Virus record (IMG/VR): IMGVR_UViG_3300035698_007246
Location: 124,001-188,000 of that record
Reading direction: 5' to 3' (one strand)
DNA: 64,000 bases
Position numbers and translations under genes: made by a program. The notes under the pieces were generated by a model that worked only from the letters and a program-made list of their open reading frames with translations, was not told the origin of the DNA and ran no database searches. Of this stretch, positions 32,185 through 42,353 are shown one piece after another; position 1 is the stretch's first letter; every line of letters begins with the position of its first letter.

Positions 32185-32957
32185 TATATTTCAACCCTTA
32201 ACACTTCATCATTTTTAACTTTAATATTATCATGTCGGATTGGAAATTCCAAATCTTTATATTTTTCATTAAATATTTCTTTTGATGTAATCCAATCATC
32301 ACTAATTGTGTTTGGGCGGTGTGACGCATGATAAATTAACACATCAGCAACAGCAACTTTATAGCCTTTAAGTAATGTTTGAACACATAAATCCATTGCA
32401 TACATGTTTCTATCATTTTTAAATGATTCAATATCAAAATTGAGTCCATCTTTTAGTAAAGACCCTCTCACTGCGAAGACACAACCCTTAACAGCAGCAA
32501 TGTTATCATAATAACCAACTGGTCCAAAAATAACATGTTGACCTTTAGTGATATTTTCGCCATCGACACCTTCAAATATCTGACCAATTCTTTCATTTTT
32601 TTCATCAAACCACCACCCGTCTTTAGATATTTGTTTAACACCCGCAACACCAACTATCCCAACATCGGGATGTCGTTCGAATGTTTTTATTAATTTCCAA
32701 TCAAACAAATTATCAGTTATGTTTATATCTTCATGGGAATATACAACAATAGTTTCATCATCAATTTTATTATTCTGAAGTAATATATGTGTCATGCCAT
32801 TATATTTTTCATTAATGCTTTTATTCACGACATTACCGTCTTTATCAGGACTATCACCAATTTGGAAACATTCTACACCAAATCGTTGAGCCGATGGAGC
32901 AAAAAATGTCCCAAAAGTTTTATCAGAATTTCTTCCCACAACAAAAATTATTTTCAT
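32184..32957 (-). CDS. glycosyltransferase family 2-like protein
   Basis: YSHEDI (DxD-like), VGIVGVAG, MYAMDLCVQ. Confidence 0.75.
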   Translation of the reverse strand: MKIIFVVGRNSDKTFGTFFAPSAQRFGVECFQIGDSPDKDGNVVNKSINEKYNGMTHILLQNNKIDDETIVVYSHEDINITDNLFDWKLIKTFERHPDVGIVGVAGVKQISKDGWWFDEKNERIGQIFEGVDGENITKGQHVIFGPVGYYDNIAAVKGCVFAVRGSLLKDGLNFDIESFKNDRNMYAMDLCVQTLLKGYKVAVADVLIYHASHRPNTISDDWITSKEIFNEKYKDLEFPIRHDNIKVKNDEVLRVEI

Positions 32958-32966
32958 TTATCCCCC

Positions 32967-33920
32967 CTATAGTACTTTACACATATCAAAAAGACATGCA
33001 GCAAAATTTAATTCTTTATCTGTAACAAAGGCATGTCTAAAATCAAATTCATTTAATGTACATATCAATTGAGGAATTTTGCTTTTATCTTCAACCATTT
33101 TTCCATCAACCATATTCGTTTTAATCATACCATACACTTCACCGAGATTGATATTATTATCAATAACATATCTACGAGCTTGTGTTACTTTTTTATAAAG
33201 AACCAATTTGTAAAATTCGTCCTTAATATTTTGTAATTTGAAGATTTCGCTATTCACAATACCATATTGCTCATGACAATCACGGAGCAACTTGATTGTT
33301 GTTCTAATATCAGGATAACATTTAGTAACTAACCCCGCAATAGTGTCCATTGTATCAAATTCAATGTTTTCTTGTTTTAGAATCGCTAATACATGACGAC
33401 ATATCTTTGGAATCATGACCTTTTTAGTTTCTATGCCAGTAAAATTAAAATCAACACAATCAACTCTTGATTGAATAGCAGCAATTATTTTGCTAATATT
33501 ATTCGCTGTTAAAATAAAACGACAACAATCTTGATACTCTTCAATTGAGGCTTTCAATGCAAGCTGTAAATCAGGTGTTGCACCATCAAACTCATCAAGG
33601 ATTACCAATTTTTTCTTACCATCAAAAGACATCGCTTCTGCATAACGTGATATTGTACTTCTTAATAAGTCAATACCGCGTTCAAGGGATGTATTGATAT
33701 ATATAAAATCAACATCACATTCATTTGCCAAGGCTTTTGCTGTTGTTGTTTTACCTACACCCGGTGAAACTGAATAAAATAACATATTAGGAATGTCATC
33801 CTTTTCAACAATAACCTTAAATTTACTTTGTAATTGTGGTGGCAATAATATTTGGTCAATTTCAACAGGTCTATACTTCTCATGTAGAAGTGTAAACGTA
33901 TCATTAAAATACACACTCAT
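32967..33920 (-). CDS. clamp loader large subunit (gp44/RFC)
   Basis: EKYRP, PGVGKTT, LDEFD, FILTAN, SR motifs. Confidence 0.93.
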   Translation of the reverse strand: MSVYFNDTFTLLHEKYRPVEIDQILLPPQLQSKFKVIVEKDDIPNMLFYSVSPGVGKTTTAKALANECDVDFIYINTSLERGIDLLRSTISRYAEAMSFDGKKKLVILDEFDGATPDLQLALKASIEEYQDCCRFILTANNISKIIAAIQSRVDCVDFNFTGIETKKVMIPKICRHVLAILKQENIEFDTMDTIAGLVTKCYPDIRTTIKLLRDCHEQYGIVNSEIFKLQNIKDEFYKLVLYKKVTQARRYVIDNNINLGEVYGMIKTNMVDGKMVEDKSKIPQLICTLNEFDFRHAFVTDKELNFAACLFDMCKVL

Positions 33921-33933
33921 CTAACAGTCCCCC

Positions 33934-34341
33934 TTATTTCTTTTTTCTTTTTTCTTTCCATTCACGTCTTTTTTGTTTCTTAACTTGCTTTTCTGCTTGA
34001 CGCTTAAGAAATCTTCTTTCATTTCGTGAAAGTGGACGCATTCTGTTTTCTGCTGCTGTTTGTTCAGCTAATTCTTCACCTTCTACTTTAGGAAAAATAC
34101 AAGCACACGGTACAGGAGCTTTTGTTTTAGCGTCCCTTGCAGTATATCCTCTTCCCCAACATTTCTTACAATTCTTTTTAGGGTCAAGTATTTTAGCACC
34201 TGTTTTTTCAGCAAGTTTACGAATAACATCCATTGGACTAATATCCTCTTGCTTAACAACTTCACCAGACTTCAAATCTACAAATTCATCTCTATCATCT
34301 GGTAGTTGGTAATTATTTCCTACAAATAAATCATTATCCAT
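33934..34341 (-). CDS. hypothetical protein with CxxCxGRG motif
   Basis: NCKKCWGRG...PCAC. Confidence 0.6.
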   Translation of the reverse strand: MDNDLFVGNNYQLPDDRDEFVDLKSGEVVKQEDISPMDVIRKLAEKTGAKILDPKKNCKKCWGRGYTARDAKTKAPVPCACIFPKVEGEELAEQTAAENRMRPLSRNERRFLKRQAEKQVKKQKRREWKEKRKKK

Positions 34342-35057
34342 TATCTACCTGCTCTTTTTTTAATCATTGATGTATAAATGCCCAAGTCAATGTTATCATC
34401 TTTCAATTTGAATTCAACAAATCCCGGTTGTTTAATAGACACAATATAATCTTTACGTGGCGGTAACATCATGAAACATTTTGAAAATATCTTTATTTGT
34501 AAAGGGGTTTCCATAAATTGTTCTGTAAATGGTGTTGCGTCAAATGTTTTATCAAATGTATTGTCAGCATTAGACATAACAATTTTAATGTTGACATTAT
34601 CTCCTAAACAAGTAATTTCACTATGTTTAGAATTCTTTATGAGAACATGCATTTTTACCAATTCTAATAATGCGTCTGACGGCAATTCAAAAGAATAATC
34701 AGGATTCTCAAAATTAATACCATTAGGACCAGTTTTCATACGTGCTGTGTCATTCAACAAATAGGAAACACGTGTTCTATCTTTAGACAGTATAATTTTA
34801 TTGGTGTTAATTTTTACATCCGGTTCGTTGAACGTTCTAAAGAATCTATAAAACTCACTAAATTTATAAAATCCAATATCTGTATCAATACCAAAATATT
34901 CATTTGGTACTTTCAGAATGTATGCTGCTGTCTTTTCGGAGTTCTGTCTTCTAATCTGTGTCACACCATCTTTAGATTCAATGATAATTTTATCATCAAT
35001 AGATGTTAACTGATTAATCAACTCAAAAAACTCCGGCTTATACTTCAAATTTTCCAT
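34341..35057 (-). CDS. sliding clamp (gp45-like)
   Basis: Size, IGFYKFSEF motif, adjacency to clamp loader. Confidence 0.75.
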   Translation of the reverse strand: MENLKYKPEFFELINQLTSIDDKIIIESKDGVTQIRRQNSEKTAAYILKVPNEYFGIDTDIGFYKFSEFYRFFRTFNEPDVKINTNKIILSKDRTRVSYLLNDTARMKTGPNGINFENPDYSFELPSDALLELVKMHVLIKNSKHSEITCLGDNVNIKIVMSNADNTFDKTFDATPFTEQFMETPLQIKIFSKCFMMLPPRKDYIVSIKQPGFVEFKLKDDNIDLGIYTSMIKKRAGR

Positions 35058-35111
35058 TTGTATAAACTCCTTATAAATTACACAATATCGAGTGTTTTTA
35101 ATTCACTACTT

Positions 35112-35139
35112 AATATAATAAATTCTCAAGAAATGTCAA
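35112..35139 (-). promoter_or_regulatory. sigma70-like promoter
   Basis: TTGACA-16-TATATT upstream of gp45. Confidence 0.7.
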
Positions 35140-35170
35140 TATGTATTTCATTTATTTTATTGATTTGTAA

Positions 35171-35212
35171 ACTTTTAAAGTACTTGAAAAATTATCAAGT
35201 ACTTTAAAAAGT
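35171..35212. repeat. AAGTACTT-containing palindrome
   Basis: TTTTAAAGTACTTGA..TCAAGTACTTTAAAA; near-identical copy at 53274-53312. Confidence 0.75.
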
Positions 35213-35217
35213 ATACT

Positions 35218-35733
35218 TTATTTTTTATCAGTGTGACCAAATCCACCTGCACCACGAACCGTATCAGACAGCTCGTCAGCCCATTCAGACTCAATTTTTG
35301 GAACTGGCATAATTACCATCTGTAAAATAGCGTCATCTTCTTTGAACATTTTAATTTGTTCCATATATTCGCTAACAATTTTATCATGGTAATCTGATTG
35401 TATTAAATGTAATTCAACAATAAGTGCTTTAAGCGTATTGAGATAATTAACATAATTAAATCTTGCCATAACTTCACCACGATAGTCGCAATCAATAATA
35501 CCAACTGCATTACATAAACTCAAATCAGTTTTTGATATTGAACTACGTGGAAAAATAAATCCAGCATATCCTTCAGGAAGCTCCATAGCAAATCCAAATT
35601 TATATTCAATAAACTTTTCTTTTACTGTCGGTCCTTCTGTTGGAACCAAATCCATTCCCGCTGAATATTCTGTTCCATAAGCAGGAAGCACGGCTTTCTC
35701 ATGTAGCTTTTTAAACAATACTTTCATTTTCAA
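35218..35733 (-). CDS. dut: dUTPase (trimeric)
   Basis: AGMDL, PRSS, GIIDCDYRGE, RGAGGFGHT. Confidence 0.95.
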   Translation of the reverse strand: MKMKVLFKKLHEKAVLPAYGTEYSAGMDLVPTEGPTVKEKFIEYKFGFAMELPEGYAGFIFPRSSISKTDLSLCNAVGIIDCDYRGEVMARFNYVNYLNTLKALIVELHLIQSDYHDKIVSEYMEQIKMFKEDDAILQMVIMPVPKIESEWADELSDTVRGAGGFGHTDKK

Positions 35734-35919
35734 TCTTTCCTTGTAAATATAGGTTTAATTATTCCAGGTTTTTTAATAAATTGTTCTGTTGTTAATCTTT
35801 TCATAAGAAGACCCCCTGTTAGGTATAAAATAAGTAAGGAATGATAGGTAATTCTTAAAACAGGTAAGAAAAGGATTATAAGCCCCTGTCCCCATCATTA
35901 TACTTATATTTATATATTC

Positions 35920-36468
35920 TTATTTAGATTTTACTATTAACTCAGGATGTTCAATATTTTCCAATAAAAATTTACAAAACTCACGAATAATATATAATTT
36001 ATGATTACTTCGTTGTTTTATAATATTAAAAATATTTTTATAATTAAGTTTCCATATTCTGGTTTGAAGAAATCCTTCAGGTAATTTTCTTTTCAATCTC
36101 TCAAATTCACCAGAATTAATAATCGAATTCAATTCTTTTAAATACCCGTCACTGATATCACCATATTCAAAATTATTTTTTGTAAGTGGTCCTTTCATAA
36201 TAGTATGATTTGTACTTTCGGATTGTTTTGATGTCAATCTATATGTATCAAAATCTTGCCACACATAACGTGGAACATTAACTTCAACCCACACATCAAC
36301 ACTTTCTAAAAATTTATTATGCCCATAATCAAAGAAGGCTAATTTTTTAGCAACTTTTGGCATTTTCTCTTCTGGTTGATTTTTATTAAGAGATATACCT
36401 TTCAATGCTGGTTTGTATCCAGCCTCTTCCAAAATATCAAAATAGACACCATTTTCAAATTTTTTCAT
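35920..36468 (-). CDS. ThyX/Thy1-like protein
   Basis: GHNKFLES, PRYVWQDFDTYR, SEST, LPEGF motifs. Confidence 0.7.
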   Translation of the reverse strand: MKKFENGVYFDILEEAGYKPALKGISLNKNQPEEKMPKVAKKLAFFDYGHNKFLESVDVWVEVNVPRYVWQDFDTYRLTSKQSESTNHTIMKGPLTKNNFEYGDISDGYLKELNSIINSGEFERLKRKLPEGFLQTRIWKLNYKNIFNIIKQRSNHKLYIIREFCKFLLENIEHPELIVKSK

Positions 36469-36484
36469 TATAAACTCCGTTTAA

Positions 36485-36772
36485 TTATTTTATTTTTGTT
36501 CTTTTATCACTTGCTTCATGTTTTATATACCCGTTTGGGAATTCCGGCTTCTCAAGAACTTCGGCATCAATTCCCAAATTTTTAGGATTATCTTTATCTG
36601 GAAATGGCTTACTCATTGCCACAAATACACCATTCCCATTCTTATCAACAACAGGAGTCATATCAGATGGCTCGAATAAACAAAACACATCCCCCACTAC
36701 CAACTCACTAAAAGGAATAGTTCTCCATTGTTTACCCATCAATTTCACTTTAACAATTCTTTTATCATTCAT
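36485..36772 (-). CDS. hypothetical protein
   Basis: 95 aa ORF. Confidence 0.5.
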   Translation of the reverse strand: MNDKRIVKVKLMGKQWRTIPFSELVVGDVFCLFEPSDMTPVVDKNGNGVFVAMSKPFPDKDNPKNLGIDAEVLEKPEFPNGYIKHEASDKRTKIK

Positions 36773-36774
36773 AA

Positions 36775-37248
36775 TTATTCCATTGGTAAAATGTCAATAG
36801 AAGTTAATTGATAATCTGTAATAATATTACCATCTGATATAGTACCAACACCACGACACCCAAATTTAATATCGACACCAGAATTTATTAATGTGTCAAC
36901 TAATCTCCCTTTTGGTGTATCTATTAATCTCCCATCACAAACAATTTGTTTTCCATTATTCCTAATGGCAGTAATTTTATGCGAAACATTTCCAAGATTA
37001 ATATTTTGGTCTCTACCATCCAATTCACCAAGACATCCCCCACAACTAATTTTTTTTCGACACATATCAATAATAGTATCAATGGCTGATTGTGAATATA
37101 TCCTTCCATTGGCACTGGGTTTACCAATTTCAATGATAACTTCATTTTTAAAAACTTTAAGTTTGTATTCAGGAGAAACCGTCTCAATCCTAAATTCAAA
37201 CACAGATTTGATTTTATTCCAAATATTCTTCATAATCATAAACTTCAT
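36775..37248 (-). CDS. prohead protease gp21-like paralog, divergent active site
   Basis: NGRIYS, LGELDG, INLGNVSHKI, DTPKG, FGCRGVG. Confidence 0.75.
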   Translation of the reverse strand: MKFMIMKNIWNKIKSVFEFRIETVSPEYKLKVFKNEVIIEIGKPSANGRIYSQSAIDTIIDMCRKKISCGGCLGELDGRDQNINLGNVSHKITAIRNNGKQIVCDGRLIDTPKGRLVDTLINSGVDIKFGCRGVGTISDGNIITDYQLTSIDILPME

Positions 37249-37894
37249 CTTCCAATTTTTTATTTTTAAACTGTTCCATTACATCTTCGGCTTTAACTGG
37301 CTTTACATTTGTTTTAGTTGGTTCACGGTCAGCTTTTTCTTTTTCAAGCAATAATTTATTCTCATCATATTCATCTGAAGTCATACCAAGTGCAAGAGCA
37401 AGCGATGAACCTTTATGGTCATCACTCAGTTTATCTAAAAATTCATCAATGACTTCATCCGCATTTTTATCAATAACACCATCATCACCAGGAACACAAA
37501 TTTCGGGTTTTACTTTGCCTTTGGTATCGGTTGATTGTAATTGTTGGAAGAATTTATCAAATATTTTGCCTTCTTTACATTCTTGTAGTTTTTCTTTCAA
37601 TGCTCTATTGACAAGTTCATTAAAAGTTATATCATGTTCATGTGCTATTGTAGCAAGATAACTGAATTCATGGTCACTTAATCCAAGTTCAATCTTTTCA
37701 GTACAATTTTCAGAATCATAATCATTTTCGATTCCAACATGGTCATCAAAATTTACAGGATATCCACATGCTTGAAGAAATGATTTAAACATTTCACACA
37801 AGTCATCCATTGTTGCGTCATTATTTTCTGTTGATATCTGAACATCACTTTCAAATACAACACCATCATTTGCAGTCTTTACAAATTTAAACAT
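37214..37894 (-). CDS. hypothetical protein
   Basis: Start trimmed to MFKFVK (GGAGG RBS). Confidence 0.6.
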   Translation of the reverse strand: MFKFVKTANDGVVFESDVQISTENNDATMDDLCEMFKSFLQACGYPVNFDDHVGIENDYDSENCTEKIELGLSDHEFSYLATIAHEHDITFNELVNRALKEKLQECKEGKIFDKFFQQLQSTDTKGKVKPEICVPGDDGVIDKNADEVIDEFLDKLSDDHKGSSLALALGMTSDEYDENKLLLEKEKADREPTKTNVKPVKAEDVMEQFKNKKLEDEVYDYEEYLE

Positions 37895-38162
37895 TTTCTT
37901 TCCTCCACGCGTCATTATTATAATCATTTATTTCACTCATGGTCTCTTCAACCATAAAAATTTCTATTTTATAAACATGTCCATCTGTTGCATATGATTT
38001 TTTGATTTCGGTCACTTTACATGTATCATATGGCAAAGAAGGATGAGAAATATTCTCACCTTCTTTTGGTATAACTGGAAATGAAAAATCAATCATCATA
38101 TTATCTATTTTTGGTTCTGGTGATTCTTGGTTATATTCTTCAATCAGACATACACAATTCAT
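37887..38162 (-). CDS. hypothetical protein
   Basis: Start trimmed to avoid overlap with nrdJ. Confidence 0.5.
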   Translation of the reverse strand: MNCVCLIEEYNQESPEPKIDNMMIDFSFPVIPKEGENISHPSLPYDTCKVTEIKKSYATDGHVYKIEIFMVEETMSEINDYNNDAWRKENV

Positions 38163-38163
38163 A

Positions 38164-41100
38164 TTAAGCCCCACATCCAGAATATCCACAATCATTACAA
38201 ACAAAACATCCACTTTGCATAGCAATACTATCACTTTTACATGTAGGACATATCATTCCGACTATTGTTGTACCATTATCAATTGTTTCAGATACAAATT
38301 TTCTAATTGCAGTTAATAATGTTGATACATTGTCGCCTTCAATACCTTGTAATGAAACAAGAATATCTTGTCGTGCTATGTTATGTCTCAAACAAAGACT
38401 AACCATTCTACCCAATCTATTTGCATTAGTATCACCAAGGCATTTGTCCCAGGTGTCTTCTACAATCTTAACACTAATTCCACAGTCAATAGCAAGCACA
38501 CATAAACTTTTACAAGCCTTAGTACATGCTCTTGTATCATTTTTAGAATTTGTGTTAATCCACAGTGCCATTGGATACTTCATATCAACATCATCAGGGA
38601 AGTAACTGAAATTAATGTAGAATTTCATCCCTTCACGTTTAATCGTCCTTGTAGGGCCGTTAATGAAGGTCTCAGGGAGTTTTACGCCCTTCTTTATGAT
38701 AGTTTTTTCCTCTTCAGCACTTTCAATCTTAGAAAGAACGGATTCCATAGAACCTGTACGGTATGTTGTTACACCAATGAGTCCTTTTTTCCATGCTTCA
38801 AAATATAATTCTTTAAATTTTTCAAATGAATATTTATTTGGTAAATTTATTGTTTTCGAAACAGACTGATTACAGTAATATTGAACTACTTCTTGAATGT
38901 TAAGATGGTCTTCAATTTCCAAATCATCTGTTGTGACCAAGAAATCAGCTTTCTTATGTTCTGGATAATTTTCAAGAATCCAAGCATAACCATAATCACA
39001 AAGCGTATACATTTCACACAAACCTCTATTATGCGGTTCGTAGTAATATTTTGTTCCTTCATAGTATCCCTCCCAGTAAGTAAAATCCTTTTTCTTTTTT
39101 TCTTTAAGGATTGTTTTTACATTATCGGAATTCATGCCTTCAGGAAAAGCACATATCACTTTTCTCTCAGATTTCAAATCAAACACAGGTTCAATTCCAT
39201 TTGATACATTATCACACACCACAGATGAATTACCTAATGGTGGATTGGTTGTGGTTTTAGCATTTCTGAGACCATATTGTTTAATTAATTCTTTTGTTTC
39301 ATCTGTTAATCTATCAGATTTGAAATAAGGTGTCTGACTAAATAAATCATAATTGTATAATGGGAATGACCCTTTTTCTTTAGCCAATAATGCACTTGAT
39401 TGCATTGTAATGTTTTCCTTAAGTTGTTTAATTTTTTTAGTAAACGTAACAGCTTCTTGTGAGTTATATTTAATACCCAACATAACCAATGTAGAACCTA
39501 ATCCATTAATACCCATACCAAACTGTCTTAGATTTTCTACAGCCCATGCATATGATGGTAATGGCAATTCAGTCAAATCACACACATTATCTAACATTCT
39601 TGAGTATGTAACGATGTCTTTTTTATACAATTCCAAATTAAAGTATGGAACATCATTACGGATTTCTACATACATTGTCAAATTAAGTGAACCTAATAGA
39701 CACACAGTAGACATTATTGGATTACCTGGTATCTCACCACATCCTCGACTCACATACCCTTCGGTATTCCAATCATCAGCAGTTGGTTCATGCAAATCAT
39801 AAACATCACCAAATCCAAGAAATTCAATTTCTTTTATTTTAGTTTTCCACTTATTTCCTGTTAATGATGTAGTTTTGATAATTTGTTTTAATTTTTCATT
39901 TTTTTCATCATGACTAAGTTTATGTACAAATTTATAAAAATTTAAAATTGAATCATTATCAATAACACCTTCAAAGATATCATGCCGCCTCACAACATCA
40001 CGTCCATATATTTTTGCTGTCTCACCTTTTTTACCACACAAATATTTCTTATAATCACACCCTGCGGTAAGCATTATATGTTTTACCAATAAATGTAATT
40101 TTTCTGATATATTTTTAAATCTAACTTGTGGATATCGAGAAGTTAAATTCACATTCCCATCAGATGAAATTAACCCATCTATCAATCCAGATAAAAAATC
40201 ATCATTAAAGTTTAACAATTTCATAACATCAAAATTGGATTTATCATTAGCATCAATACCGAAAACATCAAATAATAGTTTAATCTTCCCTTCGGTATTT
40301 ATAGCATAATATCTCTCACAATTTCCATCAGATTTATCGATTCTATAATCAAAACCAAACCTGTTATACAATTCAATTATATAATCATTATTTTCATTTG
40401 AATCTGTTGATATATTAAAGTTTTTATAATTAGAAAAACATCCATCTCCAAAATATAATCCAAATAACATTCCAACATCTCTGATGTCGAATAGTTGCTC
40501 GCCATTTATAGCATCAACAGATATTACGCCATTATCCACACATGATGGATTATACTTAATCATATCATAAGGTTGTTTTCTTACGTTATCACCAACATTT
40601 AAATATTTTAAACGTGTGTTATTGTCCCACCGTTTTCTATTTTCTGATGTTCCATTTTGAGTATGAAAAATATGACCTTCAGTTACACCCTGATAAAACC
40701 CATCTGTGAAATGAACTCTATAAATTGGCTGATTTTCATGAACTTCTATATTATCAACACTACCATGCCCTAACGTTGTTTGAATTTCTTCACCGACTTT
40801 TACATCTTCAACTCGTTTTAGTCCGTGTTTAGTAGCTACTAATGTTCCTTTTACAACACAAGGATTTGTAGCATTACATTCACCCAAATAGAGAATTGGG
40901 TTGTTTTTATTCATGTTATCAACGAATACTATACCCGGTTCAGAGCGATTGTATGTAGATTTCATAATAAGGTCGTAAAGTTTCTTAGCTTTCACACGTT
41001 TTACTACTTTACCATTCCATATTAAGTCCCACATAGCATTATCAGCAACAGCATTCATGAAATCATCACTCACTGCAACACTCATGTTGAATTTAGTTAG

Positions 41101-41835
41101 CTTACCAGACTCTTGTTTTGCTCTAATGAACTCTTCAATGTCAGGGTGCCATACAGAAAGACATCCCATCATAGCACCTTTACGTATATCTTTATCACAT
41201 TCACCAAAATATTCTTTAAGCTCTTCAACAGAAGCATAGTTTTTTAATGAATCAAGGTATCCATCATTGTCACCTTTAACAATACAGTCAGAAACCTTGT
41301 CCCAAATCTCCATATAAGAGATAACTCCGGGGTGTCTAACACCAGTTCCTTTGATTAAACTACCACGAGGTCGTATAAAGTCAAAGTTTATTCCATACCC
41401 ACCCTCGGAAGCAAGAGTTTTTGCTTGTTCCATGATAGATAAGAAGATGTTTACGAGTTCATCTGGTGTATCAGGTGTAGTGATTATTATTTCATTCTTG
41501 AAATGTTCATTCTGTCTTATGTATTTTATAATGGCATTACTAACAGGACCATTAATAAAACAGTTCATTAGTGTAGCATTGTAATAATCAGTTCCTATAT
41601 TGGTTGTAATTCTACCACCCGGTGAACATTTAATACCTAATGGATTCCCCATACTATCAAAACGTATCATTGTTTCAAGAAAAATGGGATACCAATATTC
41701 AGAATCTACTTCATTATTAGCAAGTGCCCTTGCTATTCTTTCAAATGTCCCAAGGGGGGTCTCACCATCATACTGATATTTTCCCTTCCAATTATTATAT
41801 GCAATTTTCGTTTTGAAAAAGTTTTCATCACGCAT
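38164..41835 (-). CDS. nrdJ: class II (B12-dependent) ribonucleotide reductase with intein
   Basis: PGGR, NCF, GGYG.NF..IRPRG, GAMM, NP|CGE, SNGIEP, QSVSKTIN, C-terminal Zn ribbon. Confidence 0.92.
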   Translation of the reverse strand: MRDENFFKTKIAYNNWKGKYQYDGETPLGTFERIARALANNEVDSEYWYPIFLETMIRFDSMGNPLGIKCSPGGRITTNIGTDYYNATLMNCFINGPVSNAIIKYIRQNEHFKNEIIITTPDTPDELVNIFLSIMEQAKTLASEGGYGINFDFIRPRGSLIKGTGVRHPGVISYMEIWDKVSDCIVKGDNDGYLDSLKNYASVEELKEYFGECDKDIRKGAMMGCLSVWHPDIEEFIRAKQESGKLTKFNMSVAVSDDFMNAVADNAMWDLIWNGKVVKRVKAKKLYDLIMKSTYNRSEPGIVFVDNMNKNNPILYLGECNATNPCVVKGTLVATKHGLKRVEDVKVGEEIQTTLGHGSVDNIEVHENQPIYRVHFTDGFYQGVTEGHIFHTQNGTSENRKRWDNNTRLKYLNVGDNVRKQPYDMIKYNPSCVDNGVISVDAINGEQLFDIRDVGMLFGLYFGDGCFSNYKNFNISTDSNENNDYIIELYNRFGFDYRIDKSDGNCERYYAINTEGKIKLLFDVFGIDANDKSNFDVMKLLNFNDDFLSGLIDGLISSDGNVNLTSRYPQVRFKNISEKLHLLVKHIMLTAGCDYKKYLCGKKGETAKIYGRDVVRRHDIFEGVIDNDSILNFYKFVHKLSHDEKNEKLKQIIKTTSLTGNKWKTKIKEIEFLGFGDVYDLHEPTADDWNTEGYVSRGCGEIPGNPIMSTVCLLGSLNLTMYVEIRNDVPYFNLELYKKDIVTYSRMLDNVCDLTELPLPSYAWAVENLRQFGMGINGLGSTLVMLGIKYNSQEAVTFTKKIKQLKENITMQSSALLAKEKGSFPLYNYDLFSQTPYFKSDRLTDETKELIKQYGLRNAKTTTNPPLGNSSVVCDNVSNGIEPVFDLKSERKVICAFPEGMNSDNVKTILKEKKKKDFTYWEGYYEGTKYYYEPHNRGLCEMYTLCDYGYAWILENYPEHKKADFLVTTDDLEIEDHLNIQEVVQYYCNQSVSKTINLPNKYSFEKFKELYFEAWKKGLIGVTTYRTGSMESVLSKIESAEEEKTIIKKGVKLPETFINGPTRTIKREGMKFYINFSYFPDDVDMKYPMALWINTNSKNDTRACTKACKSLCVLAIDCGISVKIVEDTWDKCLGDTNANRLGRMVSLCLRHNIARQDILVSLQGIEGDNVSTLLTAIRKFVSETIDNGTTIVGMICPTCKSDSIAMQSGCFVCNDCGYSGCGA
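39742..40860 (-). mobile_element. LAGLIDADG intein in nrdJ (373 aa) ending in Gly
   Basis: Starts CVVKGTLV after NP; LIDGLISSDG; ends YVSRG before CGE. Confidence 0.85.
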
Positions 41836-41853
41836 TCATCATTCTCCTTTAAC

Positions 41854-42312
41854 TTATTTAAAAATGTGTTTTTCTGTTAGAATTTTAAATTCATAACCAT
41901 GTTTTTTACAATATCGCACGGTGGCAATCCACTTATTATTATTTTTAATCCACCTTACCATTTCATAAGTGTAACGTTCTTGCCGTTTCTTATTCTTATT
42001 CATTGGTTTTTGGGGTGGAAGAGTTTGTTTGTGTGGTTTTATTTCAATTATATATTTTGTCACCTTCCCGGTCTTGTCTCGTATATCAGCGATTACATCC
42101 GGGTAATATCTATGAAATTTATTATCAACTTCAAACAAATAAGGAATTGCTATTGATTCAGAACTCCACCGTAAAATATTTTTATTGAAATCCGCCCAAA
42201 CAAACACTCTTTTTTCATACGAACTTCTATAATATGGGTCACCTTTGCCCATATATTTTGATTTATTCACAGGGATATAAGTTCCCTGCAAATAATTTGT
42301 ATTACTTTTCAT
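41854..42312 (-). CDS. head completion nuclease (gp4-like, TnsA-N fold)
   Basis: YRSSYE, WSSESIAIPY, RYYPD, IEIKP. Confidence 0.85.
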   Translation of the reverse strand: MKSNTNYLQGTYIPVNKSKYMGKGDPYYRSSYEKRVFVWADFNKNILRWSSESIAIPYLFEVDNKFHRYYPDVIADIRDKTGKVTKYIIEIKPHKQTLPPQKPMNKNKKRQERYTYEMVRWIKNNNKWIATVRYCKKHGYEFKILTEKHIFK

Positions 42313-42353
42313 CCTCATCCCCAATAGGAGACAAAGCACTCATCACTTATAAA

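Noticed and set aside
35735-35810. 24-aa MKRLTTEQFIKK... mini-ORF
   Set aside because: Resembles the N-terminus of a homing-endonuclease-associated repeat, but it is too short to support and is probably a remnant.
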